Assembly: GCA_040954595.2 (NCBI GenBank)
Contig: CM082586.2
Location: forward strand, 12,307,337 to 12,371,336
Length of the DNA: 64,000 nt
Source: Balanoglossus misakiensis
Taxonomy: Eukaryota > Animalia > Hemichordata
Reading direction: 5' to 3'
Under the pieces are notes generated by a model, which ran no database searches, was not told the origin of the DNA, and was given only the letters and a program-made list of their open reading frames with translations. The translations under genes and the position numbers were made by a program. Shown here in pieces: positions 26,227-37,948 of the stretch (its first letter is position 1; every line of letters starts with the position of its first letter).

Positions 26227-27454
26227 ACTCAATAATGCACTGCTGGCAGTGGTAAAACGGGCTTTCTGTTTGCCACCTGGGTTTGTTCTTAGGTTGTTGT
26301 ATGTGTTTACACTCATCATGTTTATTGTAGAACCAGGGTCGATCAGTGAGGCAACTGCTGTTTGTTCTATCTGCACTATTACTCGAGGCCTCCTGCCATT
26401 CGATTGTTGTACAGTGAAGCAGTATTCATCTCCCGAGCTGTCTTCCACTTTATGCACACCTTTGACAGTTTCATCCTTGTCTACCCTATTTGCCTTGCCT
26501 CTTGATCGGCAGCATTTGGAAAAATGGTGAGGTTTGCCACACTTCCTGCATGACTTGCCTTTAGCTGGACATACTGAGTCATGTGGATAGGTGCCACCAC
26601 AATAATAACAAGTGGACGGTCCTTTCGCTGGCTGCTGATGAGCTCTCTTTTGTTTATTTGGTTTCGGGCGTTGATGGCGCTGTTTTCTGACCGCATTCAC
26701 AGATGCCATATCTGCAAGATTATTTTGGGTTTTCTCCTCAATCCCACTAGCCTGAACCTCTGATACCTCAAACGAACGGGCTATACTCAGTAGATTCTCT
26801 AGTGTCGTCTCCTCCCGAAGAGCACGACGTCTGAGACGGGCTGATGTGAATCCTCGTATGATTTGTGATTTGACCTCTTGATCCTTATTGGTGAAGTCAC
26901 ATATGTTTCTGCTAGGCGTTGCAAACAAGTGTGATAGGCATCAATCGATTCGCCGTTGTTTTGTATGGTGTCTCTGAAGATGAATCGTTCGTATTCAATG
27001 TTCTGTTTGGGTGAGAAGTACGACGTAAGCTTTAATTTGGCTGTTTTACAGCTCGTTCCTGTATCTGGTAGAGTATCAAAGATGTCGGAAACTTCCTGAC
27101 CTGCCCAGTGCAATAGCAGTGCATGTTGTCGCTTGTCATCTGTAATGTTGAATGCGACAAATGCGTTTTCTACTCTAGCCATGTACTTTTTCCATCTCGT
27201 ACTGGTGGTTGTCGGGTCTGAATGAACAGGAAAACTCATTGACGGCTAGCTGATTCTCCATGTTCTCCGTCCTCGTCGCCAAATATAGAATCGTGGGTGG
27301 GCAATAATGACAACACGAGACACCAAGTCCGGCATGTAAGAGTGAGAGTGCCTAGCCTCGTTCATGCAATTTATTCATAATGACCCGAATGTTGCATTAC
27401 GTCATTTTACAGAATGTATAAAGTATAGATGCTCACTAGTGTTTGGACACTACA
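26227..27454 (-). mobile_element. Mag-clade Gypsy 5' fragment, copy 2
   Basis: As 10690-11919. Confidence 0.9.
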
Positions 27455-28390
27455 ATATACATGTGACTGCAGTGTCTTTCCAATCATGAATTTGCAAGGT
27501 GTCCTTCGGAGAAAATCTTTTGATTCTCTTTTCTGATTTGCTTTGCATATTTAACTTAATGATCTCATTTGTTGGAATTCCCTGTCTCAAATTTTTGATG
27601 ATCAGTCTCTGCCCCATTGCTCATCGTCCCAACTTTCTTGTGTATTGAAAACCAGGAATCAACCAATATGTGATCCCAATCCATGCTTGAACAGTGGTTT
27701 TTGCCAGATGACATCTGGATCATGTGAACTGTACACATGTTTCTGTCAGAATTGTTACACTGATGACCTTTGTGAACAAAGTAAGTTTTGATTTATTGTC
27801 TTGGGTTAATAATTTATACAGTTCAAAGTATCACCATTTCTTTCAATGTGTAGATTTTTTTGTTTTTCGCTACAAGTGTAATCAAGATCTGCATGAAAAT
27901 TTGGGTCGCTGTTCTAGTTTTAAATGTATACTTAACTACTATCAATAATCACGAACACAATCCTGGGTTTGGGGGTCAAAGGTCAACTGCCTTTAATGAC
28001 AAATTGACAGGCTACACAGCCAAATACGCCAAACTTGAAATACAACAATCAATACTGAACAAGAAACAGTGAGAACAAACAAGAAGCAGCAAATAGGGTG
28101 GGTGGGTGGGTTTTTTGCGTTGAACAAGTGTGGCTATGCTAAGCAAGATGGCGACTGCCACAGCCTCGTACCAGGACTAGGGGAGAGCCACCTCGTACCC
28201 GCCCATTTAAATTGCAATAAAACAGAGTGTTATTGTCCACTTAAATGTATGCTTAACTACTATCAATAATCACGAAGACAATCCTGGGTTTGGGGGTCAA
28301 AGGTCAACTGCCTTTAATGACAAATTGACAGGCTACACAGCCAAATACACCAAACCCCCAAACACCAGGACTACCAGCCCTCATCATTAA

Positions 28391-29388
28391 CTAAGCAATA
28401 GCTAGGGCCATGGATTTGGCAACTTTAAGCTTAGTGGCTTCGTTAGCAACTGTATAACGTTCGTACGCATTGGAGCTCCAGTCGCCCTGCAATTTGATCA
28501 GGACTGGAGGGATACCCAGGTTAAAGGCAAATGTGGCTCCTCCTCTGCGGAAGGAATGACCAGAGTAATCGGCAGGTTTGAAACCGCAATCACTTAACAC
28601 TGATTTATGTGTCTTTGTAAATTTGGAGTGGGTTAGGGTACGCAAAAGGGGGGCCTGTTTACCCACGGAAGCAGCATAAGAAAACAAGTGAGCTGACCTG
28701 GAATGAGCTGGAGAAAGGTTAACCATATTTTGGTAGGCCATGATAGGGCAAAGGCAAGAATTTGGAACATTACTGAGTGGCAGCGTTAAAACACGCTGGC
28801 CGTACTGAATAGTTTTTGTGTGTCTAATTGTCAGCTTTGCACCAAAATCACAAATTACAAAGTCATCTCTGCGCAAGTACTTGTCTGTAGCAGGCAGTCT
28901 ATCTGTTGCGCTGAGCAGAGTACTCTTTCTGGCAAATGTGAAGAAGGCGATCAAGCAGGCACACCAAAATGTCGCGTTAAATGGGATGGTGAGATCAAGC
29001 CTAGCATGAACATCTTCCAGAATACGTGGTGTAATTGGTAACTTCTGCTTTGGGGGTACTCCATGAGTGCGAGCGATGCCGCGTTTGACAATTTCCAAGA
29101 GCCAGTTGTCCTCCAGTGGGTAGGGCGCCCCGGCCTCTGCATGTATTAAACGAACAACATTGAGGTAGCCTGGGATGCTTGTTGGCTTTAAGGTCCGGGC
29201 TAAGAATACCGCATAGCGACAGACTGTGAGGTGTGTACAGGGAACTGGACGGAGTCCGAAATACAGACAGAAGCGTAGATAGGCCAGTCGTTGTGAGCTG
29301 TAGGTACGCTTTGTAGACTCCGCGTAGGCTGCTCCCTTGTATGAGGCAATGTCGCTATCCAGCTTCTGAATTTGGTGTTGCACAAGTC
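28391..29388 (-). CDS. Tyrosine recombinase, intact frame, no N-terminal ATG
   Basis: FARKS, TKT, GHSFRRGGAT, GDWSSNAYERY catalytic motifs. Confidence 0.93.
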
Positions 29389-30960
29389 CTGTAGCAGGAA
29401 ATGATATGTGTTGTAAGACATGTATAAATGCCAGTTATTGACAAGGTCAATGCTATGGATCTGAAGGTACAATGTACTCTAATGCTTTGAAATAGTGTTT
29501 GCATTCATGTAGCCTAGAGATCGAGTCAGCACAGTTCTCGTTTGTACTAACATATCTTGCCGTAATATAAAAGTTGCTGGTAGCTGAGAGCCAAAAGATC
29601 TCTCGCAGCCATACCATAGCTTGTTTGTTGCGTGAGGTGCCAGAGTTTATAACATACATAGTAGTTGTGTTATCAGTGTAAACTACTATGTGCCGCTTAT
29701 CCCAAAAGCAGTGCCATCGCCTGCAGGCAAGTGGGACCGTGTAAAGTTCCTTCAAATTAATGTGCATTTCCGCTAGCATAGGAGAATCCGCTCGCCACTG
29801 ACTGTAAAACCAGTCGCTCCTGTAAACGCCCGCTCCCGCTGTGTCGCAAGCATCGGTGACAAAAACCTGTCTGGGCACCGGGGTGTCATCGATGAAGAAC
29901 GCCGTGCCGTTAAAAGTTTCGCAGAGGTTTGTCCACCAATTAATGTCAGCTTTAGCTTCAGCATTAAGACGCACATGATGAGATTGACGGGTTACAGTAT
30001 TAGTAACATCAATCAGACGCCGCAAGAAAGTTCGCCCACCGCGGATGACCCGAGAGGCCCAATTTAATTTGCCGACCAGTCTCTGCAGCTCCCTTTTTGT
30101 AGCACGCTTCCTATTGTCCCAGGAGTGCAAATAACCACGCAATTCTTGCAGTTTTTTATTGTCAAGAGAAAGTGTCCGCGAGACTGTGTCCATCTGTACT
30201 CCTAGAAAGGTGAGACGCTGCGTAGGGTGAACTACTTTGTCCCAATTTATTGTAAACCCCAACTGCTGCAAGAGGTGAAGTAGCGCTTTGAAAGCCTCTT
30301 CGCATGCCCGCTGTGATTCCGCAAGGATTAAGAAATCATCAAGGTATACTATTACGGCCTGATATCCCTTGCGACGCATCATACGAGTGACACTTTGTGT
30401 AATTCTGCTAAAGATTTCCGGGCTCCTGGCGGCACCAAAGGGGAGCCTTGTGTCGGCCATGTATGTCCAATTTGTATTTCCTGAGAATTTGTATTTGAGT
30501 CCCGTTGCTCGCTGGGAGTCTAGGCTAATCGGCACTGACCGGTAGGCAGATATAAGGTCAATTTTTGCCAAGAAGGCGTTGGGTGTACATAATGATACCG
30601 CGTGGTCGATAGTTTCATAGGTGAATGATGTAGTGGTAGCATATGAATTGAAAGTCTGATTTTCTTTGAGTCTTTTTTGGGGATTGCTCCCAAACTACTA
30701 ACAATGTCCGGTTTTGTTTCTACACAAATATAGTTGCCGCTTGCAATTTCCAGCTGGATTTGGTCCTCAACTGCCGCACGGTTACTCGCCTTGTTAACTG
30801 ATGCGTAATTGTTCCTTTCCACTTTGGTGAGTGGAATGCCAGGCGTAATAATATCAAAGCCATGTTTAATACCGTTAATCAAGAATTCCTTGTCAAAGTC
30901 TGAAACTAGTTCGTGTTCCCAAGTTGCTAAACGATCCGTCAGAGGGCTGGAGATTTTGTC
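29200..30960 (-). pseudogene. RT-RNase H with two frameshifts
   Basis: Deletion of about 34 bp at about 30650 and 7-bp insertion at about 29470 relative to copy 1; YLDD retained. Confidence 0.9.
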
Positions 30961-31947
30961 CTAGGCCTGATTATTGGTGGCTTTGTGGGGTGTCCCAGCT
31001 TTATGGCGGTACTGTGGATGGTCTTTTTGACAACCCTCCTCAATACACACGTGCGCGTAGCGACAGGAGGCCCTATTACAACTGCTCTGGTTCTGGAAAT
31101 CAAAACAGATTTGTTTTCCTTTGGTGTCGAAAGTGCGCCCTTTTCCAGACACCTTGATCTTTTGGGAAGTCTGTCGTTTTTCTAGATTGTATAGAGACAA
31201 ATGGAGGTTGACAGTGCCCCATGTAGTATCGGACGTGGCCTGTTTTTTTCTGTATTCGTGGTCGTACGTCATCACAGAAGGGGTACTGAATGACTGCACA
31301 TATTCGCCAATGTTAATTGTGTGGTCAAGGTAATCCGAGACATCCTCCTGCGAAGCACCACGTGACATCAATGTCTTGAGGATTCTGGCGTTAGCTGACA
31401 CCCATTGCGCTAGTGTCACCTGATTGGGCTTAGGGCGTTGCGTGGCCGTGCGCATCACTAATTTCGTATCGCCTTCAGTTATCAGTTCGGTTTCATCGGT
31501 AGAATCGAAGGAACCTTTCGTTGTCACATAGTCTGGGATGAGAAGGGGTTTGGTTTTCTGCTCACCTTTCTGACACTTGGCTGCAGATGCCGGTTTTTGG
31601 TCGATAATCAGATCTTGTAAGGTATCGTCCCCCATCGACTGTAGCATCTCGTTCAGTTCCTTAAGCTTGGCCAGGTCTTTTGTCGTGACATTTTTTGCCT
31701 CAGCCATGTCTTCCTTCTCAAATGTGGTTTTGCTCTGGGGGTCTGCCGCTAACAGTTGGTTCCGGGCGTGACGCAGTATACTTCGTTGGCCGATTGGGAG
31801 ACCTATGTCGCCAATGTCCTTGTCGTCCAAGCACTTCAGCGTTGATTTTGTCGTGATCGCTTCATCTGTTAATTTACTGATGGTGTCTTTCGACATACCG
31901 GTTGATTCGCACCACTCGACGAAGGCATAATCAGCGCTTTCCGTCAT
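30961..31947 (-). CDS. Ngaro Gag, 328 aa, with SAM-like N-terminus and C-terminal zinc fingers
   Basis: ATG to TAG intact; KPLLIPDYV, YDHEYRKKQA, CFDFQNQSSCNRASCRYAHVC..C..H. Confidence 0.88.
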   Translation of the reverse strand: MTESADYAFVEWCESTGMSKDTISKLTDEAITTKSTLKCLDDKDIGDIGLPIGQRSILRHARNQLLAADPQSKTTFEKEDMAEAKNVTTKDLAKLKELNEMLQSMGDDTLQDLIIDQKPASAAKCQKGEQKTKPLLIPDYVTTKGSFDSTDETELITEGDTKLVMRTATQRPKPNQVTLAQWVSANARILKTLMSRGASQEDVSDYLDHTINIGEYVQSFSTPSVMTYDHEYRKKQATSDTTWGTVNLHLSLYNLEKRQTSQKIKVSGKGRTFDTKGKQICFDFQNQSSCNRASCRYAHVCIEEGCQKDHPQYRHKAGTPHKATNNQA

Positions 31948-32316
31948 TTTTCGTTTTCGCGCCTGTTTTTGCGTTGAACAAGCGTGGCTATGCTAAGCAA
32001 GATGGCGACTGCCACAGCCTCGTACCAGGACTAGGGGAGAGCCACCTCGTACCCGCCCATTTAAATTGCAATAAAACAGAGTGTTATTGTCCACTATGAA
32101 TTATGAGGCTTTTCTATGAGCAGAGCCATTCAATGAAATTAAACATGGTGACCATATGATTTTATCTGACCACGGAATATAATTTCTATTGATGGAGCCA
32201 TTTGAATTTTTGTTTATACATGAAAATAGCAATACTGGAAGTAAGTAAGCATTATATCCCATGTTCTATGTCACACACGTGGCTATATGGGCCAGTTCAT
32301 GTGATAACAAACATAA

Positions 32317-33590
32317 TTAAAGCTGCAAGCAGCATTGGCGGGGCACAAGCGGTTCCCATGGTGACCAGCAAATGCCACGGCTGTATCTGCTGGGGATACC
32401 AAGATATGGAAAAGTAGGTCAAAGGTCACCTGAGGTCACCCCAAATTTGGTCAAAAAAATCGGACCCCACACTAGTCTAGGTCCAACAAAAACCAGACCC
32501 CTAGCTCTATTGGTTCGCCTAGAATTAGGTATGCACATAATTAATGAGGTATTGTGTAAGACTCCATATGTGCTCCACCGCCCCCCCCCCCCCAAAAAAG
32601 CCAGGACTCTAACTGCTGTGGATGCTGAGATATGGGAAAGTAGGTCAAAGGTCATCCAAGGTCACCCAAAATTTGGGCATAAAATTTTGACCCCAGAGTG
32701 GGCCATGTCAAACTAAAACCAGACCTCTAGCCCTATTGGATAGCCTGGAATTAGATATGCAGAAAAATGATGTTTCAGAAATAGGTCAAGGGTTATTGCT
32801 AAAATTACCAAAATAGTTGTGTCATGTCCTGGCAGCATTGGTACCCATGTCCACAAAATTCATGACTGTGGTGCTTTTACAAGAGGAGCTATGGGGAATA
32901 TGCATATATAATTAGTTGTTGTAAAACTGGGTCAAAGGTCATGTGAAAATTGCCCCCCAAAATTGTGACAACTTCTGGTCATATGATGACTCATATCCAA
33001 AGAAAGAATTTCCATGCTGTCAACATTTTGGCTAAAAAACGGAATTTTCATTTTTCAATGGTTTTCCGAAAATCCAACATGGCCGCCATAATGATCGACC
33101 AATCACAGTGCGCTTCGCAAACTTGATAGACATAGGTTAGGTGACCACATACCCCGAATCCCGTGACTCGGCAATCGCTGGTTCTGGAGAAGAAGATTTT
33201 TAAAGTTTTAAGCAGTTTTTCAGAAAAACAATTGTAGCAAAAAAACTTTATGTATGACGTCATGATTTTAATGGGGTAAAATGATGGACATAAGGTAGGC
33301 TACCTGCACACCAAATTTGAACTCGATAGGCCCAGTGGTTTTTGAGAAGGACTCGTTTAACGATTTTCAGGAAATCCAATATGGCCGCCAGGTCACGTGA
33401 CTAATTAAATATTCACGAGCCACTGCACGTCTACTCATTGGCCCCTATCACCCTACCAAGTTTCAGCCCCCTAGGTGCTGGGGTTTTCCAGATCTACCTG
33501 GCCGAATTTTGGGGAAGAAGAAGAAGAAGAATAAAGAAAAATTCCAACAATACCAATAGGGGCACAAGCCCGATAGGCTTGTGCCCCTAA
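32317..33590 (-). mobile_element. HINE/Helentron-like element, complete
   Basis: subTIR GGGGCACAAGC at about 32340 and terminal hairpin AGGGGCACAAGC..GCTTGTGCCCCT at 33558-33588; empty site ACATAA|TTAATGGG at about 35105. Confidence 0.75.
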
Positions 33591-33943
33591 TTAATGGGTA
33601 AATGGCAGCGAGAGAGAGACTTTGTCCCTTTAATTCTTGAGTTGATTGGCGAGCCGCCTTCGATTCGATCAGGATGACCTCCAATCACAAAGTGTATATC
33701 AATACATGTGACACTAGGACCCTGAGAACTAACCAGGGGTAAGGGAAAAGGTAGCCCTTAGAAAAAAATTTGGTAAGGTTACACCTGACATGTTGAAAGA
33801 TGTGCCCCCGGGACATGCCCCACCTTAGGTTGACACCAGAGTTTCACAAGAAAGTTGTGTATGACACAAAAACGGAAAATTCCCCCGTACTTACTATTCA
33901 TCAGACAGTTTTATGAGTAGTAACAATAGGAGCCGTGGGGTAA

Positions 33944-34441
33944 ATGCCAAAAGAAGTTGCCCTCCTTGTCCTAGGGCAGGCGAATATGACAACAGCAGAT
34001 CACATAGCATTCGTGGGAAGGAGGGGATTCAACCCACACTTTCTTATTGGTGTTGGGAAAATGATGCCCTTGAACCCATGCCCAGAAACACTTTCCGATC
34101 AAGGTATGATCCAAGTCTGGGTGAAGGAGGGCCTTGGGGACAGGATGTTTTCAGTTATGGGGAGGCATGGGATAGGGACAATTTCGACACTTTTGCCACG
34201 TGCAGTACAGAGGGGATGCGATCAGAACCATTATCCTGGAGATTTTGCAGGGACGTTCCATCAATATGAACTGGAAGGGTTTACCAGATATTTTACGCCA
34301 CCTGCACCCCCATATTCAATGAGGCCCACACCGAACCCAGCTAGTCCATACAACCAACAGTATGAATCACCACCTCATGCTGGGCGTAGCCATAGGCTAT
34401 ACATGCCTGCCGGTATCGAAGACAATTATGAGTATTGGTAG
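33944..34441 (+). CDS. Hypothetical 165-aa ORF with Pro/Tyr-rich C-terminus
   Basis: Open frame with AATAAA about 65 bp downstream; no recognised domain. Confidence 0.3.
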   Translation: MPKEVALLVLGQANMTTADHIAFVGRRGFNPHFLIGVGKMMPLNPCPETLSDQGMIQVWVKEGLGDRMFSVMGRHGIGTISTLLPRAVQRGCDQNHYPGDFAGTFHQYELEGFTRYFTPPAPPYSMRPTPNPASPYNQQYESPPHAGRSHRLYMPAGIEDNYEYW

Positions 34442-35457
34442 CAGACCCCTCTTGAGAATGAATCATGGTTCCACCCTTATGGTATAAAGTAAGATTACTC
34501 CATGCTAATAAATGACAATATTAGAATGAAAGTACATTCCAAGTGACTTGTTGGGAGCATCGGGCCACTTAATCCCAAAAAATTGCAATCGGCCTGATTT
34601 TCAGTTAACCAATCTAAAGCCCAACTTTTCGTGTATTTAGTTGGGTTTCTAAAACTAACAAATTTTTTGACAATATTAATGGCATGATGAACACTACTCT
34701 CATCAAATCAAATAATGTTGTGTCGTCCACAACTGGTGTAATTTTTATGTGTTTGGAATCGTAGACACCATTTATCTTTTAGTCAACTCTAAATCTAATA
34801 TAACAGTCGTGAAAATTGCTAGGGGAGAGCCACCTCGTACCCGCCCATTTAAATTGCAATAAAACAGAGTGTTATTGTCCACTATGAATTATGAGGCTTT
34901 TCTATGAGCAGAGCCATTCAATGAAATTAAACATGGTGACCATATGATTTTATCTGACCACGGAATATAATTTCTATTGATGGAGCCATTTGAATTTTTG
35001 TTTATACATGAAAATAGCAATACTGGAAGTAAGTAAGCATTATATCCCATGTTCTATGTCACACACGTGGCTATATGGGCCAGTTCATGTGATAACAAAC
35101 ATAATTAATGGGAAAATGGCAGCGAGAGAGAGACTTTGTCCCTTTAATTCTTGAGTTGATTGGCGAGCCGCCTTCGATTCGATCAGGATGACCTCCAATC
35201 ACAAAGTGTATATCAATACATGTGACACTAGGACCCTGAGAACTAACCAGGGGTAAGGGAAAAGGTAGCCCTTAGAAACAAATTTGGTAAGGTTACACCT
35301 GACATGTTGAAAGATGTGCCCCCGGGACATGCCCCACCTTAGGTTGACACCAGAGTTTCACAAGAAAGTTGTGTATGACACAAATAGGGAAAATTCCCCC
35401 GTACTTACTATTCATCAGACAGTTTTATGAGTAGTAACAATAGGAGCCGTGGGGTAA

Positions 35458-35955
35458 ATGCCAAAAGAAGTTGCCCTCCTTGTCCTAGGGCAGGCGAATA
35501 TGACAACAGCAGATCACATAGCATTCGTAGGAAGGAGGGGATTCAACCCACACTTTCTTATTGGTGTTGGGAAAATGATGCCCTTGAACCCATGCCCAGA
35601 AACACTTTCCGATCAAGGTATGATCCAAGTCTGGGTGAAGGAGGGCCTTGGGGACAGGATGTTTTCAGTTATGGGGAGGCATGGGATAGGGACAATTTCG
35701 ACACTTTTGCCACGTGCAGTACAGAGGGGATGCGATCAGAACCATTATCCTGGAGAGTTTGCAGGGACGTTCCATCAATATGAACTGGAAGGGTTTACCA
35801 GATATTTTACGCCACCTGCACCCCCATATTCAATGAGGCCCACACCGAACCCAGCTAGTCCATACAACCAACAGTATGAATCACCACCTCATGCTGGGCG
35901 TAGCCATAGGCTATACATGCCTGCCGGTATCGAAGACAATTATGAGTATTGGTAG
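35458..35955 (+). CDS. Hypothetical 165-aa ORF, duplicate (one aa difference)
   Basis: As 33944-34441. Confidence 0.3.
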   Translation: MPKEVALLVLGQANMTTADHIAFVGRRGFNPHFLIGVGKMMPLNPCPETLSDQGMIQVWVKEGLGDRMFSVMGRHGIGTISTLLPRAVQRGCDQNHYPGEFAGTFHQYELEGFTRYFTPPAPPYSMRPTPNPASPYNQQYESPPHAGRSHRLYMPAGIEDNYEYW

Positions 35956-36029
35956 CAGACCCCTCTTGAGAATGAATCATGGTTCCACCCTTATGGTATA
36001 AAGTAAGATTACTCCATGCTAATAAATGA

Positions 36030-36430
36030 CAATATTAGAATGAAAGTACATTCCAAGTGACTTGTTGGGAGCATCGGGCCACTTAATCCCAAAAAATTGC
36101 AATCGGCCTGATTTTCAGTTAACCAATCTAAAGCCCAACTTTTCGTGTATTTAGTTGGGTTTCTAAAACTAACAAATTTTTTGACAATATTAATGGCATG
36201 ATGAACACTACTCTCATCAAATCAAATAATGTTGTGTCGTCCACAACTGGTGTAATTTTTATGTGTTTGGAATCGTAGACACCATTTATCTTTTAGTCAA
36301 CTCTAAATCTAATATAACAGTCGTGAAAATTGCTATGACAAACAAAAAATGAAGTGCTGACAGGGGACACCCTTGTCAGATCCCTTTGGATGGATAACAT
36401 TTAGAGAAGACATTGCCATTTTTCAAACAT
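36030..36430 (-). mobile_element. Degenerate L1/Tx1-type LINE RT fragment
   Basis: Minus strand KGI*QGCPLSAL..IKITPVVDDTTLF..DESSV..FFGIKWPDAPNKSLGMYF; copies at 34516-34820 and about 54430-54826. Confidence 0.75.
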
Positions 36431-36457
36431 CTAGTATGTGATTACACATAGTTTTAA

Positions 36458-36749
36458 CCCTAACGCTGCCAAGTCAGTTTGATATCCAGGGTGCCTAGAA
36501 TCCTGGCTCCCAGGCCTGTTAGGCTGCCAAGGGCGTGTTACGCAGTAGGGCCTATACAAGACCCTCAAACCAAACCAGAGCAAACCAGTACGATTTAGTA
36601 CATTTAAGGGGGGCTTAGACTGCCAAGTGTGTCTAAGTTATGAGAGCCATGGCAAGACAGTCAAAATACGTTTAGGAAGAAAAAATGGCAAATACATATT
36701 TTAAGGGACTTGACACTCTAAACAGGTATGACACCTAGTAGCATTAGGG
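36458..36749. mobile_element. piggyBac-type MITE
   Basis: TTAA|CCCTAACGCTGC ... GTAGCATTAGGG|TTAA; copy at 54855-55137. Confidence 0.75.
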
Positions 36750-37948
36750 TTAAAATATAGCTGCAAGCCAAAATGGTCATCTGAGGTCACCCGAAATTTG
36801 GGCAAAAATTTTTTGACCCCATACTGGTCCAGGTCCATCAGAAACCAAACCTTCAGCCCTATTGGTTCGCCTGGAATTAGGTATGCACATAATTAATAAG
36901 TTAAGCAGTTGTACAGGTGACCTCAAAATTCGGCTTTTCATTTTAGTCCCATCCCTCGAAATGCTAAGGCTGTACCTGCTCTGGAGGCCGAGATATGAGA
37001 AAGAAGATCACCTGAGGTCACACAGAGGTGTATAACACTGTCCATGATTTCAAGAGAAAAACATGAACGCAGCCCAGGCAGATCGGTCACTGTATGTGGC
37101 GATATCTTTCTAAGTATTTCACTCAACTTGTACAGACGATGGCATGCTGTCTTCTGGAATGTGCTGGTAACGTCCCACATCGAAATTTTCCGAAGTTGCC
37201 GCTCCATAGTGTCGAAAATCACCAAAGTCTACGTGTAAACAAATCAGCGAATGATACTCACTTGCGAACTTCGCGGGATATGCAAATTTATTTCTGAGCA
37301 TGTGCAGTACGTCTCCATTTATGGAGTGAACAGGGACTGATGGTGATTGCTGGCAAGCTGCAGTGAACACTGGCTGTCCAGGACCTTTATAATATAGACC
37401 AGAATGCCATAATAGATGTGATAGCTTCATTGTACAGGTATAGGCCTATGGCTATGTCACATGACTAATTAACTATTAATTGTTGGGGTCACATCCACAC
37501 GGCCTCGTCCACAGTGCCAAGTTTGAGATTGCTACATTGAGTCCTTCATGCTTGAATACAATGATGTCATAGCCTTTTTGTAAATTTGGCCCTTATATGG
37601 TCATCATGTCACGTGACAAATTATATATTCACGGATTAGGCACTTGTCTCCTCATTGGCCCCGTCCACTGTGCCATGGTTAAAATTTGTACATTGAGTCC
37701 TTCATGCTTGAATATGGTGTTGTCATAGTTTATTTGTAAATTTTGCCCTTATATGGTCATCATGTCACGTGACTAATTATACATTCACGGGTTAGGTACA
37801 TGTCCACTCATTGCCCCATCCACTGTGCCAAGTTTGAGGTTTGTTCATTGGGTCCTTCATACTTGATTATTACACCTCACTCTGTATTCTGTAGTCTTGA
37901 TTGGCTGAAACCGTACCACGTGACATAGAAAAAAAACGTGATATTACA

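Larger units (their letters stand above)
25371..27780 (+). pseudogene. Two frameshifted EGF-like exons (25371-25487, 27656-27780)
   Basis: Duplicates of 10117-10233 and 12121-12245. Confidence 0.85.
27920..32094 (-). mobile_element. Ngaro-type DIRS retrotransposon family 1, near full length, with split direct repeats
   Basis: A1 31966-32094, gag, RT/RH, YR, B1 28241-28355, A2 28112-28240, B2 27920-28034; no methyltransferase domain seen. Confidence 0.95.
32031..36334. repeat. Local tandem duplication (32031-34820 / 34818-36334), unit about 1.5 kb plus a HINE in the first copy
   Basis: Junction AATTG|CTA|GGGGAG with CTA microhomology inside the Ngaro A repeat. Confidence 0.92.
17556..37948. 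repeat. Segmental duplication unit II
   Basis: Colinear with unit I; retains 32120-36805, which unit I lacks. Confidence 0.93.

Noticed and set aside
2065-37948. Duplication as uncollapsed haplotypes
   Set aside because: Not excluded without reads, but three or more paralogs with distinct lesions and MITE-defined junctions favour real duplication.
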